From Pseudidiomarina andamanensis (lineage in GTDB: Bacteria; Pseudomonadota; Gammaproteobacteria; Enterobacterales; Alteromonadaceae): a stretch of DNA of 32,000 nucleotides. The notes beneath the pieces were generated by a model, which was given only the letters and a program-made list of their open reading frames with translations, did no database searches and was not told the DNA's origin. The stretch covers positions 1,710,001 through 1,742,000 of the forward strand of contig NZ_CP032551.1 in the NCBI RefSeq assembly GCF_009734345.1, written 5' to 3'. How positions within the stretch are numbered: the first letter of the stretch is position 1; every line of letters starts with the position of its first letter. A program made the position numbers and the translations under genes. Positions 9,607 through 16,940 of the stretch are shown one piece after another.

Positions 9607-9609
9607 AAT

Positions 9610-10380
9610 TTAACTGGCGCCCATGCCGCCGTCGACGCGATATTGGCAACCAGTGATAAATGCACTTTCTTCAGACGCCAAAAACAACACTAAGTTCGCA
9701 ACGTCTATCGGCTCACCATAATGCTGCATTGGAATGATTTGTTCAAATTGACTTTGCACTTCTTTCGCGTGACCCGGATTCATTGCCTCTTCAATAGCTC
9801 GCATCATGCGGGTATGAATTGGTGACGGGTGTACTGAGTTAACACGCACACCAAATGGCGCAGCTTCAAGTGCGGCCGATTTGGTTAAGCCAACTACCGC
9901 ATGTTTTGATGCAACATAAGGGCTCATGTTGCCAAAGCCGTCTAGCCCAGCCACTGATGACATGTTAATTATGCTTCCTGACTTGGCCTTTAGTAGGTGA
10001 GGTAACGCATATTTCATACCAAGAAAAACGCCACGAACGTTCACCGCTATCACGCGATCAAAGTGCTCAGCTGTTTGTTCGTGAACCATTGCCGGTTTGC
10101 ATTCAATACCAGCGTTATTCACCAACACATCGAGGCGTCCGAAATGAGCTATTGTGGCTTGAATAAACTTTTGTACGTCGGTTTCGTTCGATACGTCGGC
10201 AGCGACGCTATACACACGTTCAGCATGGCCGAGCTCTTGTTCGGCGGAATCCAAATCAGACTGATGTAAGTCAACAAGGCAAACTTTCGCGCCTTCACGC
10301 AAAAATAGTGCCGCGGTAGCTAGGCCGATGCCAGCGGCACCGCCGGTAATAATGGCAACTTTATCTTCAAGACGGGGCAT
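9610..10380 (-). CDS. SDR family NAD(P)-dependent oxidoreductase
   Basis: TGGAAGIG cofactor motif, NNAG, and the catalytic S...YxxxK (YVASK). I chose the start at M10 (MPRLEDKVAIITGG). Confidence 0.85.
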   Translation of the reverse strand: MPRLEDKVAIITGGAAGIGLATAALFLREGAKVCLVDLHQSDLDSAEQELGHAERVYSVAADVSNETDVQKFIQATIAHFGRLDVLVNNAGIECKPAMVHEQTAEHFDRVIAVNVRGVFLGMKYALPHLLKAKSGSIINMSSVAGLDGFGNMSPYVASKHAVVGLTKSAALEAAPFGVRVNSVHPSPIHTRMMRAIEEAMNPGHAKEVQSQFEQIIPMQHYGEPIDVANLVLFLASEESAFITGCQYRVDGGMGAS

Positions 10381-10479
10381 CGCACACCTCCAGTTGTATT
10401 GGTACATGTGCGTTCAACTATAGATTAAATTTCACCCATTTTTGTGATCATTGCGAAGTTTTTTGACGTTAATCTGGTA

Positions 10480-11037
10480 TTACCAAAATAGAGCGATAAC
10501 ACCAAGAATAATAAACACCGCCGAGGCGATATAACGAGCCAAATCGAGCGGTAATTTTTGCATTAACTTACCACCGAGTAATACCACCGGCACGTTCGCG
10601 ACCATCATGCCAAGCGTTGTACCTAAAGTTACTGCAACAACACTGGTGTACTGCGCACCAAGCACAATGGTTGCTACCTGCGTTTTGTCACCAATTTCGG
10701 CAATGAAAAACAACACGGTGGTCGCGATGAAAGCGCCGTACTTGCGCACTTCATTATGCTCGTCGTTATCAGGTTTATCAGGAATCAGCACCCACAAGCC
10801 CACCGCAATAAAGCAGGCGGAAACAATATAGGTAGCGATATCCTCGGGTAGCACACCGACAATCCAACTCCCAAACCACGCAGACACAAAATGATTCAGT
10901 ACCGTGGCGACAAAGATACCCGCAATTATCGACCATTTTTGACGATACCGTGCCGCTAAAAATAAGCTTAACAATTGCGTTTTATCGCCGATTTCAGCGA
11001 GGGCAACAGTGAGAGTTGAAGTGAGAAATGCGTCCAA
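10480..11037 (-). CDS. TMEM165/GDT1 (UPF0016) family cation (Mn2+/Ca2+) transporter
   Basis: Two copies of the signature E-x-G-D-K-T (EIGDKTQ) in a duplicated 3-TM topology. The likely start is TTG at 11037 (reads MDAFLTS), 6 nt after AAGGAG. The ORF-track N-terminus (MCLLPIKC...) looks spurious. Confidence 0.8.
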   Translation of the reverse strand: MDAFLTSTLTVALAEIGDKTQLLSLFLAARYRQKWSIIAGIFVATVLNHFVSAWFGSWIVGVLPEDIATYIVSACFIAVGLWVLIPDKPDNDEHNEVRKYGAFIATTVLFFIAEIGDKTQVATIVLGAQYTSVVAVTLGTTLGMMVANVPVVLLGGKLMQKLPLDLARYIASAVFIILGVIALFW

Positions 11038-11136
11038 AATATGCTCCTTGTGGGTCGGCGCGCATTTTATCGGCAATAGACACAATCATCAACAAAGCAA
11101 TCGAACGCCCTTTGCACCACCTTTACAAATGACCGC

Positions 11137-11163
11137 GGAATAACTTGCGTTGTCCCGCCGTTA
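11137..11163 (+). promoter_or_regulatory. ECF-type promoter candidate GGAAT-N17-CGTTA upstream of the secreted repeat protein
   Basis: GGAATaacttgcgttgtcccgcCGTTA. It ends 36 nt before ATG 11199. Both elements match the sites at 14188-14213 (-) and 14222-14248 (+). Confidence 0.5.
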
Positions 11164-11198
11164 TCGAAGTGTCATTACGACATAACGGAGGAATCATT

Positions 11199-11789
11199 AT
11201 GAAAACCGTATTTAACCTAAACGTAATCGCTTTATCACTTGCTTTATCTTCAGGTGCGGCTTTCGCACAAGACGCTTCAGTAAGCGCAAATGCGTCTATT
11301 GCAGCACAGCAATCAACGTCGGTTGAGGCTGAAAACAATCGCGCTGATGCGACTACTCAAGTTTCTGCCAATGCGAATGCAAGTGCCTCGGCACAAACAC
11401 CGCAGCCATCTATGGAAGATGATGCGCCGGCAGAAGGTGAACAACCGGAAGACGAGCAAGCAGAAGAGAGTGCGGAAACCAGCGGTGAGTTGCTGGCTGA
11501 TGCTGAGCAAAACTTATCAGGTCAAGCCGATGCGTCACTTGAAACCGTAAATGGCTTGCAATCTGACGTGGTTAGCACAGTAGATGCAACAGCAAATGTT
11601 GCACAACAAACTGCGGGTGCTGTTACCGCTACAGTGAATGACACTGTGTCGTCAACTGTTTCAGGTGCTGTTGAAACCGCTTCTGAAGCTGCCGTTACTG
11701 ATAGTGTCAATGACACCATTAATAGCTCAGTGGAGTCGACCGTTGATGCTGCGGTACGCAATACCATTCGCGGCAACATTGGTAACTAA
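11199..11789 (+). CDS. Secreted low-complexity protein: Ala/Ser/Gln-rich, then acidic, then a C-terminal [V/I]-x-x-x tetrad-repeat region
   Basis: Signal peptide MKTVFNLNVIALSLALSSGAAFA-QD, with GGAGG 7 nt upstream. The acidic stretch is EDDAPAEGEQPEDEQAEESAE. The C-terminal 55 aa place V/I at every 4th residue. I recognise no family. Confidence 0.6.
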   Translation: MKTVFNLNVIALSLALSSGAAFAQDASVSANASIAAQQSTSVEAENNRADATTQVSANANASASAQTPQPSMEDDAPAEGEQPEDEQAEESAETSGELLADAEQNLSGQADASLETVNGLQSDVVSTVDATANVAQQTAGAVTATVNDTVSSTVSGAVETASEAAVTDSVNDTINSSVESTVDAAVRNTIRGNIGN

Positions 11790-11813
11790 GCACACCGGAT
11801 TGACCCTGAAGAC

Positions 11814-11845
11814 ATGGAGCTAGCCTTGCGCTAGCTCCATATTTT
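11814..11845 (+). terminator. Candidate intrinsic terminator or attenuator between the repeat-protein and barrel genes
   Basis: 11-bp perfect stem ATGGAGCTAGC / GCTAGCTCCAT with a 5-nt loop, followed by ATTTTAAT. The U-tract is short, so termination may be only partial. Confidence 0.5.
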
Positions 11846-11861
11846 AATCGGAGGAATGATC

Positions 11862-12788
11862 ATGAAAACATCAACGTTTATTCTCAGTATCACCACCGCG
11901 AGTTTATTGCCATCTATGTTGCTGAATGTTGCCATTGCCGACGAGCAACGCTTTAGCTGGCAAGGTAAGCTTGAAGCAGGATATTTGTACGATAGTAATG
12001 TGACGGTGCGCGAACTCGATACCACCACGAATGAATCCGATCAGGCCGTGCAACTCAAAGGTAGTGTATCGCTGAAATGGAATCCGTGGGCCAACTTAAA
12101 CTTGAATACCGGCGTTAACCACAGTGAAACGCTGTATCAATCGCAAGATGAATTTGATTTGGCCATTACCACCATTCATGGCGATTTGTCATACGATTTT
12201 AGCGAAATCACCGTCGGCGTGAGTCGTCACGATGCTACGGCAGATTTAGCTGACCAAGCTTTTATGGATTACCAACAAGATGCGCTTTATCTTGCGCGGT
12301 TGTGGGGAACGCGTTGGTACACACGCGTTGCCGTGCAAAACATCGAAAAATCGTTCAACCAAGTGCCTGATCGTAACGCGACTGCTGAGGCTATTGTCGG
12401 CGACGTGTATTGGTTCACGCCCTCGGCAAAGAGTTTCGTCATGCTCGGCTATACCTACCATGATGAAACCGCAACGAATCCTGAGCTAAGTTACCAAGAG
12501 CCGCAGTACCGCTTAACCTGGCAGTCTCAGACCTCAGGCTGGGGCGGCGAACATACTTGGCAAATTCATCTGCAATGGCAGCAACGTGATTACCTGGCAC
12601 CAATGCAAATTCTCGATGGTTCGACACGCGAAGAACAACGTTTGACCGCACGTGCACAATGGGATATTCCATTGACTTCAGGTTTTAAGTTTACGCCATC
12701 TATTGAGTATGTGGATAACCAATCTAACTTTGCCGATGTCGACTATGATGAGACGCTGGCCGGCATTCGGTTGAGCTACACCTTCTAA
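11862..12788 (+). CDS. Putative outer-membrane beta-barrel protein
   Basis: Signal peptide MKTSTFILSITTASLLPSMLLNVAIA-DE, alternating amphipathic strands, many aromatic girdle residues, and an OMP-type C-terminus (IRLSYTF). I chose ATG 11862 because ATG 11856 sits directly on the GGAGG. Confidence 0.55.
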   Translation: MKTSTFILSITTASLLPSMLLNVAIADEQRFSWQGKLEAGYLYDSNVTVRELDTTTNESDQAVQLKGSVSLKWNPWANLNLNTGVNHSETLYQSQDEFDLAITTIHGDLSYDFSEITVGVSRHDATADLADQAFMDYQQDALYLARLWGTRWYTRVAVQNIEKSFNQVPDRNATAEAIVGDVYWFTPSAKSFVMLGYTYHDETATNPELSYQEPQYRLTWQSQTSGWGGEHTWQIHLQWQQRDYLAPMQILDGSTREEQRLTARAQWDIPLTSGFKFTPSIEYVDNQSNFADVDYDETLAGIRLSYTF

Positions 12789-12797
12789 TTTGGTTTT

Positions 12798-14147
12798 TTA
12801 TTGCTCAGTTAAAAGGCCGAATCCGAAAATTGAATCACGACCTTTTTCACCAAGATCGATCACGCGCTGCTGAAGTAACTTTCGTACTTCAGTAGCGCTG
12901 TGCTGTGGATTCTCATGCCATACACACGCAGCCGCCGCAGTAACAACTGGTGCAGCCATCGAAGTACCAGTTTCATAGCCAACTTGGCCATCGCGTCGTG
13001 CCGTTTTAACCTGCACGCCACGAGCAGAAAACTCTACGAAATTGCCTTGATTGGCCCACCGATAAATACCGCGATTCGTATCAACTGCCGTCACTGCAAT
13101 CACCTCGTTGTAAGCTGCTGGGTAATTAGCAGGGGCCGCTGGCCCATCATTACCGGCTGCTGCAACAAGTAGAATATTTTGTTCAGAAAGACGCATCACA
13201 GCTTGCTCTAACAGTGCATTGCCTGGCCCAGTTAACGACATATTGATCACGCGAACCTGTTGTTCCGCTAGCCAGTTCAATGCTTCTAACAAAGGTAGCA
13301 ACGCAGCACCTTGCTGCATGGCATTATGGCGATGAAAAATGGCTGCGCTGTAGAGTTTAGCTTGAGGAGTTAGGCTCACATAATCGTCATGCGAGCCAAG
13401 CAAAAGGCCAGCTACAGCGGTACCATGCGCCGTAGGCTGCGCCACACCGTCCGCTAAAAAGCCTTTCTGCACAATCGGTTTATTAGCGAAGACTGGGTGC
13501 GCAACGTCAACCGCGGTATCAATCATACCAATGGTAACCGGAGCCTCGCACCAGCGCTGCTGAGCAGCTTGTGTGGAGCCTTTGACAGCTGCCATGCTTT
13601 GCGTGTCATAAACAAAATGACGCACTAAGGATGCCGCTGCAGCTTTAGGTAGCTCACGACGCAACAGTGCTTCATCATTAAATTCAGCTGGCACTTTAAA
13701 TCGCAATACCGTCATACCAACCGCTCCCAGTTGCTGCTTGGCAAGTAACTGTGCGCCCATACCTCGCAACACGTCCTCGGCTTCAGTTGAGGCAACCACC
13801 AGCCATTCGCGCTCAAGCACACGCGTGCCGTCATCGAGTGTCACCTCGGCAAATAACTCTTGATTGTTCGCGCCAAGTACCGGCAACCGCTTTAAGTTGT
13901 CATTGGTGACAGTCACAACCCCTTGATGGAGGTTTTGCACCGCCTCAGGTACACGCTGATGCAAATTTTCTTGGACGCGTTGTTGTACTTGATCGCGCAC
14001 TCGGTCAGTGGTGCGCTGAACGTCTTGAAGAACAGGCTGCACTGGATTATCAAGCACTTGCGTTAACCCTGTTGTTGGTAAAATCAACGTTAACAAGGTT
14101 AAGGTAAGGCATCGCTGTGCGAAATTACGTGCTAGTTTAATAGTCAT
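12798..14147 (-). CDS. S8 family (subtilisin-like) serine peptidase with a long N-terminal pro/repeat region
   Basis: Catalytic triad contexts: D (GMIDTAVDVAHP), H (HGTAVAGLL) and S (GTSMAAPVVTAAAA). There is an N-terminal signal-like segment. Residues about 31-78 show a [V/L]-x-x-x periodicity. Confidence 0.85.
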   Translation of the reverse strand: MTIKLARNFAQRCLTLTLLTLILPTTGLTQVLDNPVQPVLQDVQRTTDRVRDQVQQRVQENLHQRVPEAVQNLHQGVVTVTNDNLKRLPVLGANNQELFAEVTLDDGTRVLEREWLVVASTEAEDVLRGMGAQLLAKQQLGAVGMTVLRFKVPAEFNDEALLRRELPKAAAASLVRHFVYDTQSMAAVKGSTQAAQQRWCEAPVTIGMIDTAVDVAHPVFANKPIVQKGFLADGVAQPTAHGTAVAGLLLGSHDDYVSLTPQAKLYSAAIFHRHNAMQQGAALLPLLEALNWLAEQQVRVINMSLTGPGNALLEQAVMRLSEQNILLVAAAGNDGPAAPANYPAAYNEVIAVTAVDTNRGIYRWANQGNFVEFSARGVQVKTARRDGQVGYETGTSMAAPVVTAAAACVWHENPQHSATEVRKLLQQRVIDLGEKGRDSIFGFGLLTEQ

Positions 14148-14187
14148 TATGTTGTACCTCGTGCTGCGTGACAGGTGTGTACACCAT

Positions 14188-14213
14188 TAACGGTTTCTAG
14201 CAAAAAAAATTCC
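14188..14213 (-). promoter_or_regulatory. ECF-type promoter candidate GGAAT-N16-CGTTA facing the S8 peptidase gene
   Basis: The minus strand reads GGAATtttttttgctagaaacCGTTA. It ends about 40 nt before the peptidase ATG (14147). Confidence 0.45.
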
Positions 14214-14221
14214 ATATTGAT

Positions 14222-14248
14222 GGAATAAATATGCGACATAGCTCGTTA
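14222..14248 (+). promoter_or_regulatory. ECF-type (probably autoregulated) promoter candidate GGAAT-N17-CGTTA upstream of the sigma factor
   Basis: GGAATaaatatgcgacatagctCGTTA. It ends 57 nt before ATG 14305. Confidence 0.5.
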
Positions 14249-14304
14249 CCAAATTAACACAGAATGAGACGAATACTTTCATTTCAGTCAACTTGGATAG
14301 AACG

Positions 14305-14841
14305 ATGACAACTGCAAACTTGAAACAACAAATTAGCACAATACTGCCAGCCTTGCGGCGCTTTGCCTTATCGCTATGTGGCAATGTTGCAGACGCCGAT
14401 GACTTATTGCAGACCACGGTCGAGCGCCTGCTAACACGTTCAGTGCCAGACAATGCTGAGCTTATCGCTTGGGCATTTAAAGTATGCCGTAATGCGTGGA
14501 TTGATGAGCACCGGGCGCGTAAAGTTCGTGAAAATGCTGTACACAACGAACAGTTGCAAGAGTCCACCAGCGCCGACGATGTGCAGCGTATTCATAATCA
14601 ACTTGAATTAAATCAAGTGGACGCGGCAATCGAACAACTCCCGAACGAGCAGCGTGAAGCAATTGCCTTAGTTGCTATACAAGGTCTAAGTTATCGCGAA
14701 GCTGCTGAAATTCTTGAGGTGCCGACTGGTACCATTATGAGCCGATTGGCTCGCGCTCGCGCTAAATTAGCTGAATTATTGCAACACACACAAATCGCCG
14801 ACAGCGCCAGCAATCAAGGAGGGGCTCCTTATGTTCATTAA
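14305..14841 (+). CDS. ECF-subfamily RNA polymerase sigma-70 factor
   Basis: Region 2 (LRRFALSLCGNVADADDLLQTTVERLL ... WAFKVCRNAWIDEHR) and region 4 (LPNEQREAIALVAIQGLSYREAAEILEVPTGTIMSRLARAR). I chose ATG 14305; the ORF-track start at 14293 is TTG. Confidence 0.85.
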   Translation: MTTANLKQQISTILPALRRFALSLCGNVADADDLLQTTVERLLTRSVPDNAELIAWAFKVCRNAWIDEHRARKVRENAVHNEQLQESTSADDVQRIHNQLELNQVDAAIEQLPNEQREAIALVAIQGLSYREAAEILEVPTGTIMSRLARARAKLAELLQHTQIADSASNQGGAPYVH

Positions 14842-15565
14842 TGACGAAATGCTATCAGCATTCTTAGACAATGAACTCGACGCAGCTGAAACCGAGGTTG
14901 TTCGTGCACAGCTCGAACATGACGAAAAGCTCGCTGAACGCCTAGCGGCACTCGCCATGGCAGATTTACAAGTTCGCGAGCGGGTTGATGCGCTGAATTC
15001 ACAAGCTATACCAGCGCGAGTTTACAAGCTGCTTGAAGAAACCGATGAGCCAACCAATGTGGTGTCACTGAGCCGCTGGAAGATGTTAAAGAACACCGTT
15101 CAAGAGCATGTTGCGGTTGCGGCTAGCGTTGCGTTAATGATCGGTTTTGGGTTGGGCTCGTGGACATTGGCACCAACAACTGGCACCGCCGACACCGCGA
15201 TTGCCGTGGCGCTAGAAACACAGCCAAGTGGTAAACCATATGCGCTTGCTAACAATGCGACGTTTACCGGCCAGTTAACTTTTGTAGATAACCAAGGGGA
15301 TTATTGTCGCCAGTATGAACTAACCCAACAGCAAACGACTACCACGGCTATTCAGTGCCGCCGTAACGGTGCTTGGCAGCAGGTAGCGAGTCTGGAAGTT
15401 GCAACTCAATCACAGTCAGGAGGCTATCAGACGGCGACTGACAAACACATGCTGGACCCAGTTCTGGACCAGATGATGCAATCGGCGCCGTTAACGCCAG
15501 CGCAAGAGCAAGAAACACTTAACGCTGCTTGGAATTCGACTTCGAAAAACAACAAGCAGCATTAA
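14831..15565 (+). CDS. Single-pass anti-sigma factor (cognate to the upstream ECF sigma)
   Basis: It overlaps the sigma stop by 11 nt, with AGGAGG upstream. The N-terminal anti-sigma-like helix is DEMLSAFLDNELDAAE, the TM segment is VAVAASVALMIGFGLGSWTLA, and the periplasmic domain has two Cys (DYCRQY ... IQCRRNGAWQ). Confidence 0.65.
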   Translation: MFINDEMLSAFLDNELDAAETEVVRAQLEHDEKLAERLAALAMADLQVRERVDALNSQAIPARVYKLLEETDEPTNVVSLSRWKMLKNTVQEHVAVAASVALMIGFGLGSWTLAPTTGTADTAIAVALETQPSGKPYALANNATFTGQLTFVDNQGDYCRQYELTQQQTTTTAIQCRRNGAWQQVASLEVATQSQSGGYQTATDKHMLDPVLDQMMQSAPLTPAQEQETLNAAWNSTSKNNKQH

Positions 15566-15583
15566 AACCAAAGGAGAACGACC

Positions 15584-16105
15584 ATGAAAACACTGAATAT
15601 TATGTTGTTCACATTACTAAGCCTAGTACTTGTTGGTTGTAGCTCACAGCCTGATTATCGCAAAGCGGAAGGCTCCGGCTATGGCTACCAAGAAACTAAA
15701 ATTTCGGATACGCAGTACCGCGTGAGTTTTAAGGCGCGTGGCTCTGACAAAACCAAAGCGATGGATTATGCACTGCTTCGTGCCGCTGAAGTAACCTTGG
15801 AAAATGGCTACGACTGGTTTGTGGTCACACACCGTGAAACGCTCATTGACCGCGAGCGTGTGAGCCCCGAATCGAGCATTGGTTATACCAGCTCTCACGA
15901 TATGGTGACGCGCTGCGGTTTAATCTCGTGCACGACCACACATTATCCACGCGATACGTATAGCGCTGGTATTCATATTGGTGGTCGCGAATCGAGTGAC
16001 ATTGAAAGTATTGTTGAAATCAAACTGGGTAAAGGAGCACGTCCAGATACTGATTACAGTTTCAATGCGCTTGAAGTCAAAGAAAACCTCAGCCCCGAAA
16101 ATTAA
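15584..16105 (+). CDS. Lipoprotein of unknown function; last gene of the sigma operon
   Basis: Lipobox LVLVG-C at residues 15-19 and AAGGAG upstream. It resembles the small YGYxE...Y.V.F.G...DYALLRAAE-type lipoproteins (CC0125/CC1285-like), from memory only. Confidence 0.6.
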   Translation: MKTLNIMLFTLLSLVLVGCSSQPDYRKAEGSGYGYQETKISDTQYRVSFKARGSDKTKAMDYALLRAAEVTLENGYDWFVVTHRETLIDRERVSPESSIGYTSSHDMVTRCGLISCTTTHYPRDTYSAGIHIGGRESSDIESIVEIKLGKGARPDTDYSFNALEVKENLSPEN

Positions 16106-16196
16106 TCCGATCTACCCCTTGAGAGGGATCTCGAGGGTACTCCTTCAGCGCAAGGTTAATTTGTAGCCGGACTGCGTATACTGCATGCATTGATAT

Positions 16197-16210
16197 TTGA
16201 TTTTGATCTG
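16197..16210 (+). promoter_or_regulatory. FNR-box-like site (TTGAT-TTTG-ATCTG, 8/10) immediately upstream of fnr
   Basis: It matches TTGAT-N4-ATCAA at 8 of 10 positions and lies 16 nt before ATG 16226. Its position fits negative autoregulation, as is known for E. coli fnr. Confidence 0.35.
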
Positions 16211-16225
16211 CATCAGGAAAACGTT

Positions 16226-16930
16226 ATGGCGAATATGACTTCACACATTCATTGTCAAAATTGCAGCATGGCAGCGCTATGTTTACCGTATCAACTGGAT
16301 CAAGATGGTATGGCTCGCTTGGATACAATCATTCAGCGCCATAAACCGATTCACAAGCGCGACGTGTTAGTCAATGCGGGCACACCGCTGAAGTTTTTGT
16401 ACGCGGTTCGCAGCGGTTCACTTAAGTCATATACCATTGATGACAATGGCATTGAGCAAATTATCGACTTTCATCTGCCGGGTGATTTGATTGGCTTTGA
16501 TGCACTTGCCAACAGCGAACATCGGAGTTACACCCAAGCACTTGAAACCAGCATGTTGTGCGAAATTCCGGTGAGTTCATTAGATGATCTTGCGGAACAA
16601 ATGCCAGGTTTACGTCGCCAGATGTGGCGCTTGATGAGCGGTGAAATTTTTACTAGCAAGCAGTTACTCGGCACACTCAATAACCGCTCAGCACAACAAC
16701 GCTTAGCTCACTTTTTAGTTACGCTTGCCGACCGCTTTAAAGAGCGTGGCCTATCAAGTCGCTCATTCCGATTGACCATGACTCGGGCGGACATTGGCAA
16801 TTACCTTGGCTTGTCGGTTGAAACCATCAGCCGCATTTTATCTGCGTTGCAATTAGAAGGGGTAATTGACGTACAGAACAAACTAGTTAACGTGATTGAA
16901 CCAACCCGCTTGCGCGAGTTGGCTCAGTAA
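16226..16930 (+). CDS. fnr: FNR, the oxygen-sensing [4Fe-4S] Crp/Fnr-family transcription factor
   Basis: Near-collinear with E. coli FNR. Shared features: the N-terminal Cys cluster HCQNCSMAALCLP, the fourth Cys in ETSMLCEIP, and the recognition helix VETISRIL. I chose the start at MANMTSH, which follows AGGAAA. Confidence 0.9.
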   Translation: MANMTSHIHCQNCSMAALCLPYQLDQDGMARLDTIIQRHKPIHKRDVLVNAGTPLKFLYAVRSGSLKSYTIDDNGIEQIIDFHLPGDLIGFDALANSEHRSYTQALETSMLCEIPVSSLDDLAEQMPGLRRQMWRLMSGEIFTSKQLLGTLNNRSAQQRLAHFLVTLADRFKERGLSSRSFRLTMTRADIGNYLGLSVETISRILSALQLEGVIDVQNKLVNVIEPTRLRELAQ

Positions 16931-16940
16931 GTCTTCTAGC

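Noticed and set aside
11038-11136. Searched for a yybP-ykoY (Mn2+) riboswitch in the leader of the GDT1/UPF0016 transporter gene
   Set aside because: Such riboswitches can precede genes of this family. However, I could not find the conserved GGGGAGUAG-type and paired 3' elements on the minus strand. The leader from a plausible promoter would also be short.
11290-11823. Alternative-frame ORFs (11290-11550 +, 11313-11510 -, 11522-11779 -, 11638-11823 +) inside the secreted repeat-protein gene
   Set aside because: Low-complexity, stop-poor DNA leaves several frames open. Only the 11199 frame has a signal peptide, a strong RBS and the promoter motif.
14187-14567. Minus-strand ORF 14187-14567 overlapping the ECF sigma gene and the divergent promoter region
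   Set aside because: It is antisense to a sigma factor with clear region 2/4 motifs and would start inside that gene. I saw no RBS and recognised no family.
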